Shown here piece after piece: positions 1 to 14,402 of a stretch of DNA of 64,000 bases. Origin of the DNA: Eledone cirrhosa (lineage: Eukaryota). Under the pieces are notes generated by a model. The model saw nothing but the letters and a program-made list of their open reading frames with translations. It was not told the origin of the DNA and did not search any database. The translations under genes and the position numbers were made by a program. The stretch is taken from assembly GCA_964016885.1 (NCBI GenBank), contig OZ024748.1, positions 59,086,001 to 59,150,000 on the forward strand, in the 5' to 3' direction. Position 1 is the stretch's first letter. Every line of letters starts with the position of its first letter.

Positions 1-80
1 ATATATTCATTTTATTCAAACTAAATAGTGTGTCAAGAGTTTCACCCGTTTCGCTTAGGGTCATCATATATAATATATAC

Positions 81-133
<53 letters not shown>

Positions 134-142
<9 letters not shown>

Positions 143-360
143 GACGTAAAATAAGAAAATTTTAAAAATTAAAAATTAACTTACTTACTAAAATTTTAGT
201 AAGTAAGTTAATTTTTAATTTTTAAAATTTTCTTATTTTACGTCTTTCATATAATTGTTCTGCACCCCCCTGCATTGAACCACCTAGGTACTATGACATA
301 ACTTATATATGTGCTAGCATTAGTGTACATCTGTACGCATATGTTGGTAGATGTACTAAT
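134..360 (+). mobile_element. Short dispersed element with a 120-bp perfect palindromic head, flanked by (TA)n (copy 1)
   Basis: 134-253 is a perfect palindrome centred at 193/194, followed by ATTGTTCTGCA..GCATTGAACCAC..GTTGGTAGAT..ACTAATTC. A homologous copy lies at 6564-6760. Confidence 0.7.
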
Positions 361-397
<37 letters not shown>

Positions 398-404
398 CTA
401 TATA

Positions 405-445
<41 letters not shown>

Positions 446-491
446 ATATATCTATATATATATATATAATATATATATATATATCTATATA

Positions 492-524
<33 letters not shown>

Positions 525-604
525 ATATATCTATATATATATATATATATAGATATATATATATAGATATATATAGATATATAGATATAGATATAGATAT
601 AGAT

Positions 605-640
<36 letters not shown>

Positions 641-1423
641 GATATATATAGATATATATAGATATATATATATATAGATTTAGATATATATAGATATATA
701 TATATATATATATATAGATATATATATATAGATATATAGATATAGATATAGATATATAGATATAGATATAGATATAGATATATATATATATATATATAGA
801 TATATATATATAGATATATAGATATAGATATAGATATATAGATATAGATATAGATATATATATATATAGATATATATATATAGATATATATCTATATATA
901 TATATATATCTATATATATATATATATCTATATATATATATCTATATATATATATCTATATATATATATCTATATATATATATATATCTATATATATATA
1001 TATATCTATATATATATATATATATCTATATATATATATATATATATCTATATATATATATATATATATCTATATATATATATATATCTATATATATATA
1101 TATATCTATATATATATATATCTATATATATATATCTATATATATATATATATATCTATATATATATATATATATCTATATATATATATATATCTATATA
1201 TATATATATATCTATATATATATCTATATCTATATATATATATATCTATATATATATTATATCTATATATATATATATATCTATATATATATATATATAT
1301 ATCTATATATATATATATATATATCTATATATATATATATATCTATATATATATATATATATATCTATATATATATATATATCTATATATATATATATAT
1401 ATATATCTATATATATATATATA

Positions 1424-1497
<74 letters not shown>

Positions 1498-1500
1498 CCT
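361..1500. repeat. (TA)n/(TATC)n/(TAGA)n microsatellite complex
   Basis: Directly visible. Confidence 0.97.
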
Positions 1501-1502
1501 AT

Positions 1503-2279
1503 ATAACTTTGAATAACTTTGAAATGTTTTGGCCAGTATTGGCCCAGGCCATGTCTAACTTAATAGCACCACCTGGCGAAGTCTTTCAATTCAGGATTTG
1601 GGCACCATGGCCCATTCGAGAAGAGAATTACTGTTTGCGGAGACATATCCGGGTGTGGGTGGTTTGTCCGGGATTACTTGGAGGAATTTGTCCAAAGACT
1701 TCTTGAATTTTAAGTGGTCAGTTTCTGTTTTTGACGTGTCCTGGTGTGATGTTGAAGAGAGCAGGGCCGATTGAGGTGAAATAATTGTGCCGTATTGTTG
1801 TTATGAGTTGCGATTTAGATTTTTGAATGGGACGGATAGCACGGGGCCCAAGCCTTGGGTGTATCTTGAAGGCGATGCCAACATCATTTGGGCAGTGATG
1901 ATGGAACATTTTCCACATCATGCAGATAATATAAACGCTCACGGCGACGTTGGAGTGAGTAAAGTTTCAGGTTTTCCAATCGACCCCAGTAGTCAAGGTC
2001 TGACATGCCATCTATCTTTTTCGTGATTGCCCTTTGAGGAGCTTCAAGTTTCATGATACTTTGTTTCGTGTGGGGAGACCACAGTGGACAACAGTATTCA
2101 AGGTGTGGTCGGGCGAAAGTAGAGAAGAGAAGGATAATGGTGCGGGAATCTCTCGACTGGAAGGTTCTGAGGATCCAGGAACACATTCTGCGGGCCATGT
2201 CAACTTTGCTGCTTATATGCGTGGTCCAGCTTATGTTGCTGTCCACGGTTACTCCCAAGTCTCTGATGTTGTTAGATGC

Positions 2280-2282
<3 letters not shown>
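1503..2282 (-). mobile_element. 5'-truncated CR1-clade LINE: frameshifted C-terminus of ORF2 reverse transcriptase plus 3' UTR
   Basis: The translation has [46 protein letters not shown]. It continues after frameshifts to [22 protein letters not shown]. The 3' tail carries a short tandem repeat (TTCAAAGTTA)x2. Confidence 0.85.
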
Positions 2283-2353
<71 letters not shown>

Positions 2354-2380
2354 TATATATATAGAGAGAGAGAGAGAGAG

Positions 2381-2411
<31 letters not shown>

Positions 2412-2588
2412 TATATATATATATATAGAGAGAGAGAGATATATATATATATAATAGAGAGAGAGATATATATATATATATAGAGAGAGAGATATATATA
2501 TATATAGAGAGAGAGATATATATATATATATAGAGAGAGGATATATATATAGAGAGAGAGAGAGATATATATATATATAGAGAGAGAG

Positions 2589-2621
<33 letters not shown>

Positions 2622-2688
2622 TATATATATATATATAGACAGAGATATATATATATATAGAGAGATATATATATATATAGAGAGAGAG

Positions 2689-2719
<31 letters not shown>

Positions 2720-3097
2720 TATAGAGATATATATAGAGATATATATACAGATATATATAGAGATGTATATATATACAGATATATATAGAGATGTATATAG
2801 AGATATATATAGAGATGTATATAGAGATATATATAGAGATGTATTAGAGATATATATAGAGATATATATAGAGATATATATAGAGATATATATAGAGATA
2901 TATATAGAGATATATATAGAGATATATATAGAGATATATATAGAGATATATATAGAGATATATATAGAGATATATATAGATATAGATATATAGAGATATA
3001 TATAGAGATATATATAGATATAGATATATAGATATATATATATAGATAGATATATATAGATAGATATATAGATATAGATATATATATAGATATATAT

Positions 3098-3185
<88 letters not shown>

Positions 3186-3312
3186 ATATATATATCTATA
3201 TATCTATCTAAATATATATATATATCTATATATATATCTATATATCTATCTAAATATATATATATATCTATAAATATATCTATATATCTATCTAAATATA
3301 TATATATATCTA

Positions 3313-3347
<35 letters not shown>

Positions 3348-3552
3348 ATATATATATATCTATATATATATATCTATATATATATATCTATATATATATA
3401 TCTATATATATATATATATATATATATCTATATCTATATATATATCTATATATATATATCTATATATATATATCTATATCTATATATATATCTAAATATA
3501 TATCTATATATATATATATCTATATATATATATATCTATATCTATATATATA

Positions 3553-3587
<35 letters not shown>

Positions 3588-3710
3588 ATATCTATATATA
3601 TATCTATATGTATATATATATCTATATATATATATATCTATATCTATATATATATCTATATCTATATATATATCTATATATATATATATATATCTATATC
3701 TATATATATA

Positions 3711-3747
<37 letters not shown>

Positions 3748-3930
3748 ATATATATATCTATATATATCTATATATATATCTATATATATCTATATATATA
3801 TATATATCTATATATATATCTATATATATATATATCTATATATATATCTATATATATATATCTATATATATATATCTATATATATATATCTATATATATA
3901 TATCTATATATATATATCTATATATATATA

Positions 3931-3999
<69 letters not shown>

Positions 4000-4216
4000 A
4001 TATATATATATATATATCTATATATATATATATCTATATATATATATATCTATATATATATATATCTATATATATATATATCTATATATATATATCTATC
4101 TATATATATATATATATCTATATATATATATATCTATATATATATATATCTATATATATATATATCTATATATATATATATCTATATATATATATATCTA
4201 TATATATATATATATA

Positions 4217-4265
<49 letters not shown>

Positions 4266-4528
4266 ATATATATATATATCTATATATATATATATCTATA
4301 TATATATATATCTATATATATATATATCTATATATATATATATCTATATATATATATATCTATATATATATATATCTATATATATATATATCTATATATA
4401 TATATATATATATATATCTATATATATATATATCTATATATATATATATCTATATATATATATATCTATATATATATATATCTATATATATATATATCTA
4501 TATATATATATATCTATATATATATATA

Positions 4529-4561
<33 letters not shown>

Positions 4562-4992
4562 ATATATATATATATATCTATATATATATATATATCTATA
4601 TATATATATATATCTATATATATATATATATCTATATATATATATATCTATATATATATATATATCTATATATCTATATATATCTATATATATATATATC
4701 TATATATATCTATATATATATATCTATATATATATATCTATATATATATATCTATATATATATATCTATATATATATATCTATATATATCTATATATATA
4801 TCTATATATATATCTATATATATATATCTATATATATCTATATATATATCTATATATATATCTATATATATATATCTATATCTATATATATATCTATATA
4901 TATATATCTATATCTATATATATATATCTATATATATATCTATATATATATATATATATCTATATATATATATCTATATATATATATATATA

Positions 4993-5029
<37 letters not shown>

Positions 5030-5130
5030 ATATATATATATCTATATATATCTATATATCTATATATATCTATATATATATATATATATATCTATATATA
5101 TCTATATATATATATATATATCTATATATA

Positions 5131-5171
<41 letters not shown>

Positions 5172-5318
5172 ATATATATCTATATATCTATATATATATC
5201 TATATATCTATATATATATATCTATATATCTATATATCTATATATATATATCTATATATCTATATATCTATATATATATATCTATATATCTATATATCTA
5301 TATATCTATATATATATA

Positions 5319-5351
<33 letters not shown>

Positions 5352-5370
5352 ATATATATATATATATATA

Positions 5371-5441
<71 letters not shown>

Positions 5442-5746
5442 ATATATATATATATATATATATATCTATATATATATATATATCTATATCTATATCTATA
5501 TATATATCTATATATATATCTATATATATATCTATATATATATCTATATCTATATATATATCTATATATATATATCTATATATATATCTATATATATATA
5601 TCTATATATATATCTATATATATATCTATATATATATCTATATCTATATATATATCTATATATATATCTATATCTATATATATATCTATATATATATCTA
5701 TATCTATATATATATCTATATATATCTATATATATATATATATATA

Positions 5747-5806
<60 letters not shown>
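2283..5806. repeat. (GA)n, (TAGA)n and long (TA/TC)n microsatellite array
   Basis: Directly visible; it explains the 740-aa IY ORF. Confidence 0.97.
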
Positions 5807-5810
<4 letters not shown>

Positions 5811-6051
5811 GTGTGTGTGTGTGTCGCTAGATATACACACACATATATGTAAACAGCTATGTCGGAGCGAACACTTTAAATCTGTATATATATGTATATA
5901 TATAGTTTCGTTGACAAATATATCAATGTGCTCAGACACGCAGATATATTGCCCTTGGTATGACAGTGTGATTTTAGCTCAATGTAGGATAACTGGTATA
6001 CTACAGAGCCGTTATAGGTATAGGAATAACCAAAGAGTGCTTAGAAATACA

Positions 6052-6116
6052 TTGTTTTATTAGCTAACAGTGTTTCATCCGTACCCTAAGGCAGGAATCA
6101 TCAGAGTCTATAAACC
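6052..6116 (-). ncRNA. Type I hammerhead ribozyme-like motif
   Basis: Minus strand: uagacu CUGAUGA u ucc ugcc uuag ggua c gga u GAAA c acu GUU agcua AUAAAAC. Stem I is imperfect. Confidence 0.6.
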
Positions 6117-6410
6117 AAAGTATATCAATAGTTACATGATCCATCAAGCTGGGTCACCAGAACAAGTTTAAAGGACCAGCAGGGGGGTCCCGAGACCAGC
6201 GCTATATAGAAAAAGACACAATACATGTCATAAAAAATGTCATAAAAAATTACATCAAAGATCACATCAAAAATTTATCACTTACATGGTACAATAGATG
6301 ATAAGGAGGTTGGGAGAGGGAGCAAGGAATGAGTGAAGGTGTTACTCAGCATGATCAAAACCAATAACAAATTAAAAAAAATAAAAAACAATATATATAT
6401 ATATATATAT

Positions 6411-6532
6411 GGGAAAATGTTTGACCTCGACGGCTATTTCTCAAATATTTTCCTATTACCCACTCTACTACCTTAAGTATTGAGTACTCTGGTGCGTTAT
6501 GGTCCATCTGGTTCCTTACCACACCTCCTTCG

Positions 6533-6534
<2 letters not shown>
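6411..6534 (+). mobile_element. Penelope-like 3'-end remnant family Y (copy 1)
   Basis: CCTATTACCCACTCTACTAC..AAGTATTGAGTACT..GGTGCGTTATGGTCCA..ACCACA then (TA)n. Further copies at 26964-27142 (-) and 55929-56063 (+). Confidence 0.55.
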
Positions 6535-6563
<29 letters not shown>

Positions 6564-6572
<9 letters not shown>

Positions 6573-6757
6573 GACGTAAAATAAGAAAATTATAAAAATT
6601 AGTAAGTAAGTTAATTTTTATAATTTTCTTATTTTACCTCTTTCATATAATTGTTCTGCATCCCCTTGCATTGAACCACAAAGTTACTAAGACAAAACCT
6701 ATATATTTGCTACCATAGGTATGCATCTGTATATATATGTTGGTAGATATACTAATT

Positions 6758-6760
<3 letters not shown>
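6564..6760 (+). mobile_element. Palindromic-head element (copy 2)
   Basis: Homologous to 134-360 with a shorter fold-back; flanked by (TA)n. Confidence 0.7.
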
Positions 6761-6830
<70 letters not shown>

Positions 6831-6833
<3 letters not shown>

Positions 6834-7130
6834 GATATTAACAAATGGAAACTATATTTATAAAACCATATTTATTTCATTATACATATTTCAAGGACAC
6901 CAAGTTAAATTATGGTGTGCTTTCATCAGACAAAATATAATATAGAAAGCACACCATAATTTAACTTGGTGTCCTTTAAATATGTATAATGAAATAAATA
7001 TGGTTTTATAAATATAGTTTCCATTTGTTAATATCGTATGTTTACTCCAAATACTTGTTGAGTGCTTTATATCAGTTATAAAAATATTTGCTTGTTATAT
7101 CCCAACAATTTAAATAGAACTTTTGCATAT
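6831..7130. mobile_element. HHR-bearing Penelope-like remnant with ~93-bp inverted arms
   Basis: Arms at about 6831-6924 and 6945-7038 with a 20-nt spacer. A homologous copy lies at 25144-25421. Confidence 0.7.
6873..6937 (-). ncRNA. Type I hammerhead ribozyme motif
   Basis: Minus strand: uauuuugu CUGAUGA aag c acacca [loop] uggugu c cuu GAAA u augu AUA augaaaua. Stem I is 8 bp with G-U pairs. Confidence 0.7.
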
Positions 7131-8559
7131 ATATGTATATATATTTGTATGTTGTTATATGAGTGTATAGTTATGCATGTTTAACAAAGATCAAAAGAAA
7201 AAATTAAATCTATAACCTTCTAATAAACTGTGTGAAAGTTACTCGTGACTAGTTTAAATTTAGACGAATGTTTAAATAATTATATTCAGATATTAAATTG
7301 CATTAAGACATATTTTAACCACATTAAATTATCGAAAAATCTTAAAATATGCATGAATCGGACATAACAAGCTGCAACGTTGCCATTAAGAAAATTGTTT
7401 AAATGTTATTTTAGAACAGCTATTTCTGACTAGTAACATGTTTGTATTTTAAATGGTAAAGATTAAACTTAGGAATAGTATTACTTGCGAAATTGGTATG
7501 AAAGAGTGAGGAAAACAGTGTTGGAAGTTTGAAAGTTTGATATTATGTAATATATCAGTCAACGATCTTCTAGACTGGTGCAAATTATGAAAGGTTTCTA
7601 TTCGTTAAAAATTAATTATTTTTATTTCCAATTTGGTAAAATTCCGTATGGGATGTGGGGTTGTAGTTATATGTTTCAAAACTTAACCACAAGCCGAGCA
7701 TTATAAAATTCTAGGTGAAACATAAGCCTCCTCTGTAAATGTTTCTATTAGAGTATATTATACTGGAAGCTTGTTTCGGGTTTATTTATATTTAAAATGA
7801 AAACAGTCAACTGAATTCATTTTATTTTGGATAAATAATTGATTTGAAAACGAAAACAGCCAGAACCTTCTGTTGACCCTGGAATGTTATTTCGCTAAGA
7901 ATTCCTGCATTCAGGCAAATGTTGGTTTGTTAGAAATTATCAGGGAATGTCTCGTTGAAAAGGGGGACCCTAATCAAAACCTTAACTATCTAGGACCTTT
8001 ATAGTAACATCACTCAATAGGGTACGTTCCAGAGATCATAGGTCTGATACTACTGACATGTAGATACAAATGTCAATGGGCAGGACACCCAGAGGTAGAC
8101 CACAAGCAAGATAGCTGAATAACATCCGTAAGCGCAGTTAGACTCGCTTGGAGATCTAGCTGGATCATTTGGAGACGGTCTCTGATAGTATCCTTTGGAA
8201 GGCGTGTCTACGTACTCTACTCCCTCGACCTTCTGTCGAAGAAGAACAAAAAGAAGACGAATTGTGGATTACAGCTCGGAACATACAAATATACATTGCC
8301 TTATATATATATATATATAAGGCAATGTATATTTGTATATATATATATATATATATATGCGAGAAAAACCACAAACCCTCCATCTCAATTCTACTTTTGA
8401 AAAGCATAAGAACTGTGAAACCAGTAAAGGAAACAAATAAATATTCTTAAAAAGACTCCAGTTGCATTTTCGATTTCATCGTTTTTCCTTATACTTTCAC
8501 TCGTGTAGGACATCTCGGTTTTTCTTTTCATTTTGAAAAAAAAACAAAAACTTCATTTT

Positions 8560-8621
<62 letters not shown>

Positions 8622-8688
8622 CCCTTTTTTAAGGAAAGACACTGCTTATGATTCTTAAATAATTTTGAAAAGAATTTAGAGAGTAGTG

Positions 8689-8719
<31 letters not shown>

Positions 8720-8914
8720 AAGCAGTAAATACCAACACATAACTGTCAATGACTCAGAAAAAATTAACTATTACCAAATATACCAGGAGGGGGGGGGGTG
8801 ACCTACCATTGTTAGTACTAATAAAAGACTAAACATTTAAATGCTTAGATTGGCAAAAGTCCACCATCACATTGACTGGCAAGTTAGGCTTATAGTCGAC
8901 TAAGTAAAAACGTG

Positions 8915-9195
8915 TGACCTCTTGGTTAGGATGTTCAACTCACGATTGTAATAAGATCGTGAGTTCGATTCCTAAACTGGCGGCACATTGTGTCTTTGTA
9001 CAAGACGCATTATTTCCTGTTGCTCCATGCTAGATTGAAAATGAGTTGTATCTGTAATTCAAAGGGTCACGTTAAATTTCTCTGAGGACTACGTTAAAGG
9101 TTCTCGTTTCCGTTGAGTGCATGGCCACTTACACGTTAATTTTACGGGCAGTTGTTTCGGCAGCTGGAGCTATCGTCGTTGTAGGCGATGGAGGT
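8915..9195 (+). mobile_element. tRNA-derived SINE (octopus-like family B)
   Basis: B-box-like GAGTTCGATTCC followed by TTGTGTCTTTGTACAAGACGC. Its tail is shared with 12520-12690, 19590-19760, 50420-50540 and 54330-54485. Confidence 0.6.
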
Positions 9196-9284
9196 CCAAT
9201 AACAACGGCTCACTTGAATACAGTGCATTTATTTGAACGTTTTTTTATTTAATTTAGGACTAATTTTCCGATTGTATGGGAAAG

Positions 9285-9890
9285 TTTAACGTTGTTTCGA
9301 TATGTTTACAGACATGCCATTCAATTAACGCCGTCTCTGTTCTTATGTCGTTTAACGCCGTTTTCAGACATACATCGTTCGGTTAACGCTGTCTCTATTC
9401 AAACGACATACGTTGTTCAAATAACGCTGTCTCGATTCAAACGCCTTTTTCAGACGTACGTCATTCAATTAACGCTGTCTTTATTCAAACGTCATTTGAT
9501 GAACGTTGTTTTCAGGAATATGTCGTTCAGTTAACGCTGTCTCTATTAAAACGTCATTTGATTAACGTCGTTTCCAGACATACACCGTTCAATTAATGGT
9601 ATTTTCAGTTATATGAATTTAGATTATCGCGATTTTCGGTCATATATCGTTTGATCAACGCCGTCATAAGTCATATATTGTTTCATCAACGCTGTTTTAA
9701 ATCATATGTTTTTCGATTAACACTGTTTTCATTTACATGTCGTTCGATTAATGTCGTTTTCTATCATACATCGACCGAGTAATGCTATTTTCAGTCATAC
9801 GTCGTTTGATTGGCGCTGTTTTCAGTTATATTTCGTTCGATTTAGGCGGTTTTCATTTATACATTGTCGTCCAATTAACGCCATTTTCAA
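9285..9890. repeat. Degenerate 31-bp minisatellite (about 20 units)
   Basis: Recurring TTAACGCYGTTTTCAG..CATA..TCGTTYGA, mostly with a 31-bp period. Confidence 0.75.
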
Positions 9891-9924
9891 TTGTATTTCA
9901 GTTTCTAAAATAAATAAATAAATG

Positions 9925-10810
9925 GGAAATGTCTAAATTAGACCTTGTATTAGATAGGAAATGTTTAAATTAGACCTTGTATTAGATAGGAAATGTTTAA
10001 ATTAGACCTTGTATTAAATAGGAAATGTTTAAATTAGACCTTGTATTAAATAGGAAATGTTTAAATTAGACTTCGTATTAAATAGAAAGTGTCTAAATTA
10101 GACGTCGTATTAAATATGAAGTGTCTAAATTAGACGTCGTATTAAATAGGAAATGTCTAAATTAGACTTCGTATTAAATAGGAAATGTCTAAATTAGACT
10201 TCGTATTAAATAGGAAATGTCTAAATTAGACGTCGTATTAAATAGGAAATGTCTAAATTAGACTTCGTATTAAATAGGAAATGTCTAAATTAGACTTCAT
10301 ATTAAATAGGAAGTGTCTAAAATAGACTTCATATTAAATAGCAAATGTCTAAATTAGACTTCGTATTAAATAGGAAATGTCTAAATTAAACGTCGTATTA
10401 AATAGCAAATGCTAAATTAGACTTCGTATTAAATAGGAAGTGTCTAAATTAGACCTCGTATTAAATAGGAAGTGTCTAAATTAGACTTCGTATTAAATAG
10501 GAAATGTCTAAATTAGACTTCGTATTAAATAGGAAATGTCTAAATTAGACGTCGTATTAAATAGGAAATGTCTAAATTAGACTTCGTATTAAATAGGAAA
10601 TGTCTAAATTAGACTTCATATTAAAGAGGAAGTGTCTAAAATAGACTTCGTATTAAATAGCAAATGTCTAAATTAGACTTCGTATTAAATAGGAAGTGTT
10701 TAAATTAGACTTCGTATTAAATAGGAAGTGTCTAAATTAGACTTCGTATTAAATAGGAAGTGTCTAAATTAGACTTCGTATTAAATAGGAAGTGTCTAAA
10801 TTAGACCTCG
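9925..10810. repeat. 32-bp minisatellite (about 27 copies)
   Basis: Unit AAATAGGAAATGTCTAAATTAGACTTCGTATT, containing the dyad GTCTAA-A-TTAGAC. Confidence 0.95.
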
Positions 10811-10904
10811 TGTTTTCTTTATATCAATAAATATTGTATTATTTGGAGATGATTTTCTTCCTTTTCTTCTTTTCTATTTTCACAGTATTTTTGTCACTTT
10901 ATTT

Positions 10905-12128
10905 CTCTCTCTGTCTCTCTCTCACACTTCTCTCGCACTTCTCTCATCTTTCTCTCACACTTCTCTCACACTTCTCTCACACTTCTCTCATCTTTCTCTC
11001 ACACTTTTCTCATCTCTCTCTCACACTTCTCTCACATTTCTCTCACACTTCTCTCATCTTTCTCTCACACTTCTCTCATCTCTCTCTCACACTTCTCTCA
11101 CACTTCTCTTATCTTTCTCTCACACTTCTTTCATCTTTCTCTCACACTTCTCTCGCACTTCTCTTATCTTTCTCTCACACTTCTCTCACACTTCTCTCAT
11201 CTTTCTCTCATTTTTTTCTCTCATTCTTTCTCTCATTCTTTCTCTCATTCTTTCTCTCATTCTTTCTCTCATTCTTTCTCTCATCCTTTCTCTCATCCTT
11301 TCTCTCATCCTTTCTCTCATTCTTTCTCTCATTCTTTCTCTCATTCTTTCTCTCATCCTTTCTCTCATCCTTTCTCTCATCCTTTCTCTCATCCTTTCTC
11401 TCATCCTTTCTCTCATCTTTCTCTCATTCTTTCTCTCATTCTTTCTCTCATCTTTCTCTCATCTTTCTCTCATCTTTCTCTCATTCTTTCTTTCATTCTT
11501 TCTCTCATTTTTTCTCTCATTTTTTCTCTCATTTTTTCTCTCATTCTTTCTGATTCTTTCTCTCATTTTTTCTCTCATTCTTTCTCATTCTTTCTCTCAT
11601 TCTTTCTCTCATTCTTTCTCTCATTCTTTCTCTCATTTTCTCTCATTTTATCTCTCATTCTTTCTCTCATTCTTTCTCTCATTTTTTCTCTCATTCTTTC
11701 TCTCATTCTTTCTCTCATTCTTTCTCTCATTCTTTCTCTCATTCTTTCTCTCATCCTTTCTCTCATCTTTCTCTCATTCTTTCTCTCATTCTTTCTCTCA
11801 TTCTTTCTCTCATTCTTTCTCTCATTTTTTCTCTCATTCTTTCTCTCATTCTTTCTCTCATTTTTTCTCTCATTTTTTCTCTCATTCTTTCTCTCATTCT
11901 TTCTCTCATTTTTTCTCTCATCTTTCTCTCATTTTTTCTCTCATTCTTTCTCTCATTCTTTCTCTCATTCTTTCTCTCATTTTTTCTCTCATCTTTCTCT
12001 CATTTTTTCTCTCATTCTTTCTCTCATTCTTTCTCTCATCTTTCTCTCATCTTTCTATCATTCTTTCTATCATTCTTTCTCTCATTCTTTCTCTCATTCT
12101 TTCTCTCATCTTTCTCTCATTCTTTCTC
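10905..12128. repeat. 12-bp pyrimidine-rich repeat (TTCTCTCATTCT)n and variants
   Basis: Directly visible; it explains the MRER and FLSF ORFs. Confidence 0.95.
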
Positions 12129-12150
12129 TAATGTTTCTCACATATTTCCC

Positions 12151-12192
<42 letters not shown>

Positions 12193-12519
12193 ACACATTT
12201 TGCCCACTAACGTTAAAGTACTCGTAGTCGTCCCCGACATTATCATCATCATCGTTGTCATCGCTGTCGTTATTGTTGTTGTCTAGCCATTGAATATTGG
12301 TATATTTTACTCTATGACGTAGCAATGGCAGCACTTAACAAATACAATATTCTCTAACATACATGAAGAATAATCATGCTTCACTGAAACTCGACGTATT
12401 TTTCACTGATGTTAAAACTTCACACGCAGATGCAAAAGTTTCATAATCAAAACAATATTTTCAAGTAATATCGATTAAAACGATAGACTAAAGAATATTG
12501 AATGGTATTTTGTCGATTT

Positions 12520-12850
12520 CTGCAATGAAGATTCAGTTGTCGGTTCAACCGAAGTTCAGCTCATAAATTAGTGCGTAGTTGGTTGAATATTCCGCAGTCA
12601 TCTGTACTCTTAATTTAATTATTAAGCCGAATCAACGTGGCAAAGTATGTTACAAGGTAACAACTTTGAATTACAGGTACATTCCAATCGACAGGTTTCT
12701 ACACAGTTTCCGTCTACCAAATCTCACTCCCAAGACTTGGCTCGATTGATCCGAGGTTATAGCAAAGACAATTTCTCAAGATGTTATGTGGTTGAATTGA
12801 ACACGGAATCTATTAATTGCAAAACGAACTTCTTAACCAATTAACCATGC
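12520..12850 (-). mobile_element. tRNA-derived SINE
   Basis: The minus strand starts GCATGGTTAATTGGTTAAGAAG and contains GGTAGACGGAAACTG. Homologous to 50290-50540. Confidence 0.6.
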
Positions 12851-12851
12851 A

Positions 12852-13323
12852 TACGAGGGTCGGCTGACCAAGATAGTCTCATGAAATGACCAAATGAGAT
12901 TCATTTTTCAATATAGTCCTTGGAAAAAACAATGCAGTTATTAACAAGAACAGTTGAAATTAATGCATGCAAGATTTCACGGCTCTACCATCCCCCCCCC
13001 CTTCATAGGCTGACCAAAATACTCTGATGGAATGACCAAATGAGGTTTATTTTTCAACATAGTCTCTGGAAAGCAACAATGCAGTTGTTAAGAAGAGTTG
13101 AAATTAATGCATGCATAATTTCACAGCTCTAGCATCACTTCTTCTTAGGCTGACCATGATGCTCTCATGGAATTACCAAATGCGGTTTATTTTTCAACAT
13201 AGTCCCTGGATAGAAACAATGCAGTTATTTATAAGAAGAGTTAAAATTAATGCATGCAAGATTTCACAGCTCTAGCATCACTCTTCTATAGTCAGCCTAT
13301 GAATGTTTCAGCCGACCACTGTA
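12852..13323. mobile_element. Mariner-type MITE with internal ~140-bp triplication
   Basis: Termini TACGAGGGTCGGCTGA and TCAGCCGACCACTGTA with TA ends. Internal units start near 12862, 13008 and 13148. Confidence 0.7.
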
Positions 13324-13538
13324 GAATAATCAAAGGTAGTACTGGCGAGGAAGATGGAGAAGAGGTGGCCTCTAAGCTAAGTTTAAACTTTCAAGCGCTT
13401 GGTAAAAAACATAATGTGCAGATGATATTGTGTAGCCATTCTTCACTAAGAATAAACATTTGTTTCAATTATTATTCTCACCACATAACGGACGAACGAT
13501 CTGGGTAGGTGTAGCTGGAGTTTCACGGATGAATTCAT

Positions 13539-13739
13539 TTAACCCTTTAATGTTCAAACCGGTCAAAACCGGCCAGAATTCTTTACCTCTTTCTGTTGAA
13601 ACTGGCTGTAACTGGTCGCACAAACTGATGTTAAGGTATTGTTCTCAAAATAAATACTCTCAAAATCTCATAGATTCAATATTATGTGAGATGAAAATAT
13701 AATAGTATATATAAAATAATGTGAATGCTAAAGGGTTAA
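13539..13739. mobile_element. piggyBac-type MITE
   Basis: TTAA-CCCTTT...AAAGGG-TTAA. A second copy in the opposite orientation lies at 28223-28427. Confidence 0.8.
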
Positions 13740-14109
13740 ATAAAGAAGTCCTTGGTAGTGTAAACTCGGGCAATTACTCAACTATATTGTGATATCTGTT
13801 ACATAGATCATGAAGGGCTACGTCGTTGAAAATGTAACCCGTGTAGATTCTGATAAGTAAAAAAGACATTTTCTTATTTCAAAAAATACGTTTTTCAAAA
13901 GTAATTATGACCTATTAGTAAAGTTAATGTGCCCTCAATTTAACTGTATATCAAAGCAAGGGTTCCTTTTGTGTGTTTTTAAAAATCTCTTTAAACCCCC
14001 CTATTGTGACAATGCGTTGGGTGTATGGGAAATGCCGTGAGGTATTGTCAACAAGAAGGAATATAAACTTCAAATGGGTTTCGATGTTTCAACAACTGTC
14101 AATTCGCTA

Positions 14110-14339
14110 TAAGCTACGTTTCGTTTATCACATTGTTGTTGTGTTGTAGTCCATCAAAGAGGGAGAGAGAGAGAGAGGCCTGTCTTGTTCTTTGGTGGTT
14201 TAATAAGCTACGTTGCATTTATCACATTGTTGTTGTGTTGTAGTCCATCAGAGAGAGATAGAGAGAGAGAGAGGCCTGTCTTGTTCTTTGGTGGTTTAAT
14301 AAGCTGCGTTTTATGTATCTCATTGTTGTGTTGTAGTCC

Positions 14340-14384
<45 letters not shown>

Positions 14385-14402
14385 TTCCTGTTCTTTGGTG
14401 GT
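14110..14402. repeat. Three tandem ~95-bp units, each with a variable (GA)n tract
   Basis: AAGCTACGTT..TGTAGTCCATCA(GA)n..CTGTCTTGTTCTTTGGTGGTT repeated three times. Confidence 0.85.

Noticed and set aside
30-68. Minus-strand UGAUGA-ccc..ggg-u-GAAAC
   Set aside because: C3 and stem I are missing and there is no NUH site; at best a truncated relic.
3608-5830. 740-aa ORF and other IY-, CV-, ER-, LS- and poly-V-rich ORFs (for example 41768-43749, 47380-48482, 62854-63707)
   Set aside because: They are translations of microsatellites lacking stop codons in some frames; no protein-like complexity.
7130-8280. Possible decayed RT coding region
   Set aside because: Stops in all frames and no convincing motif by eye; a blastx search is needed.
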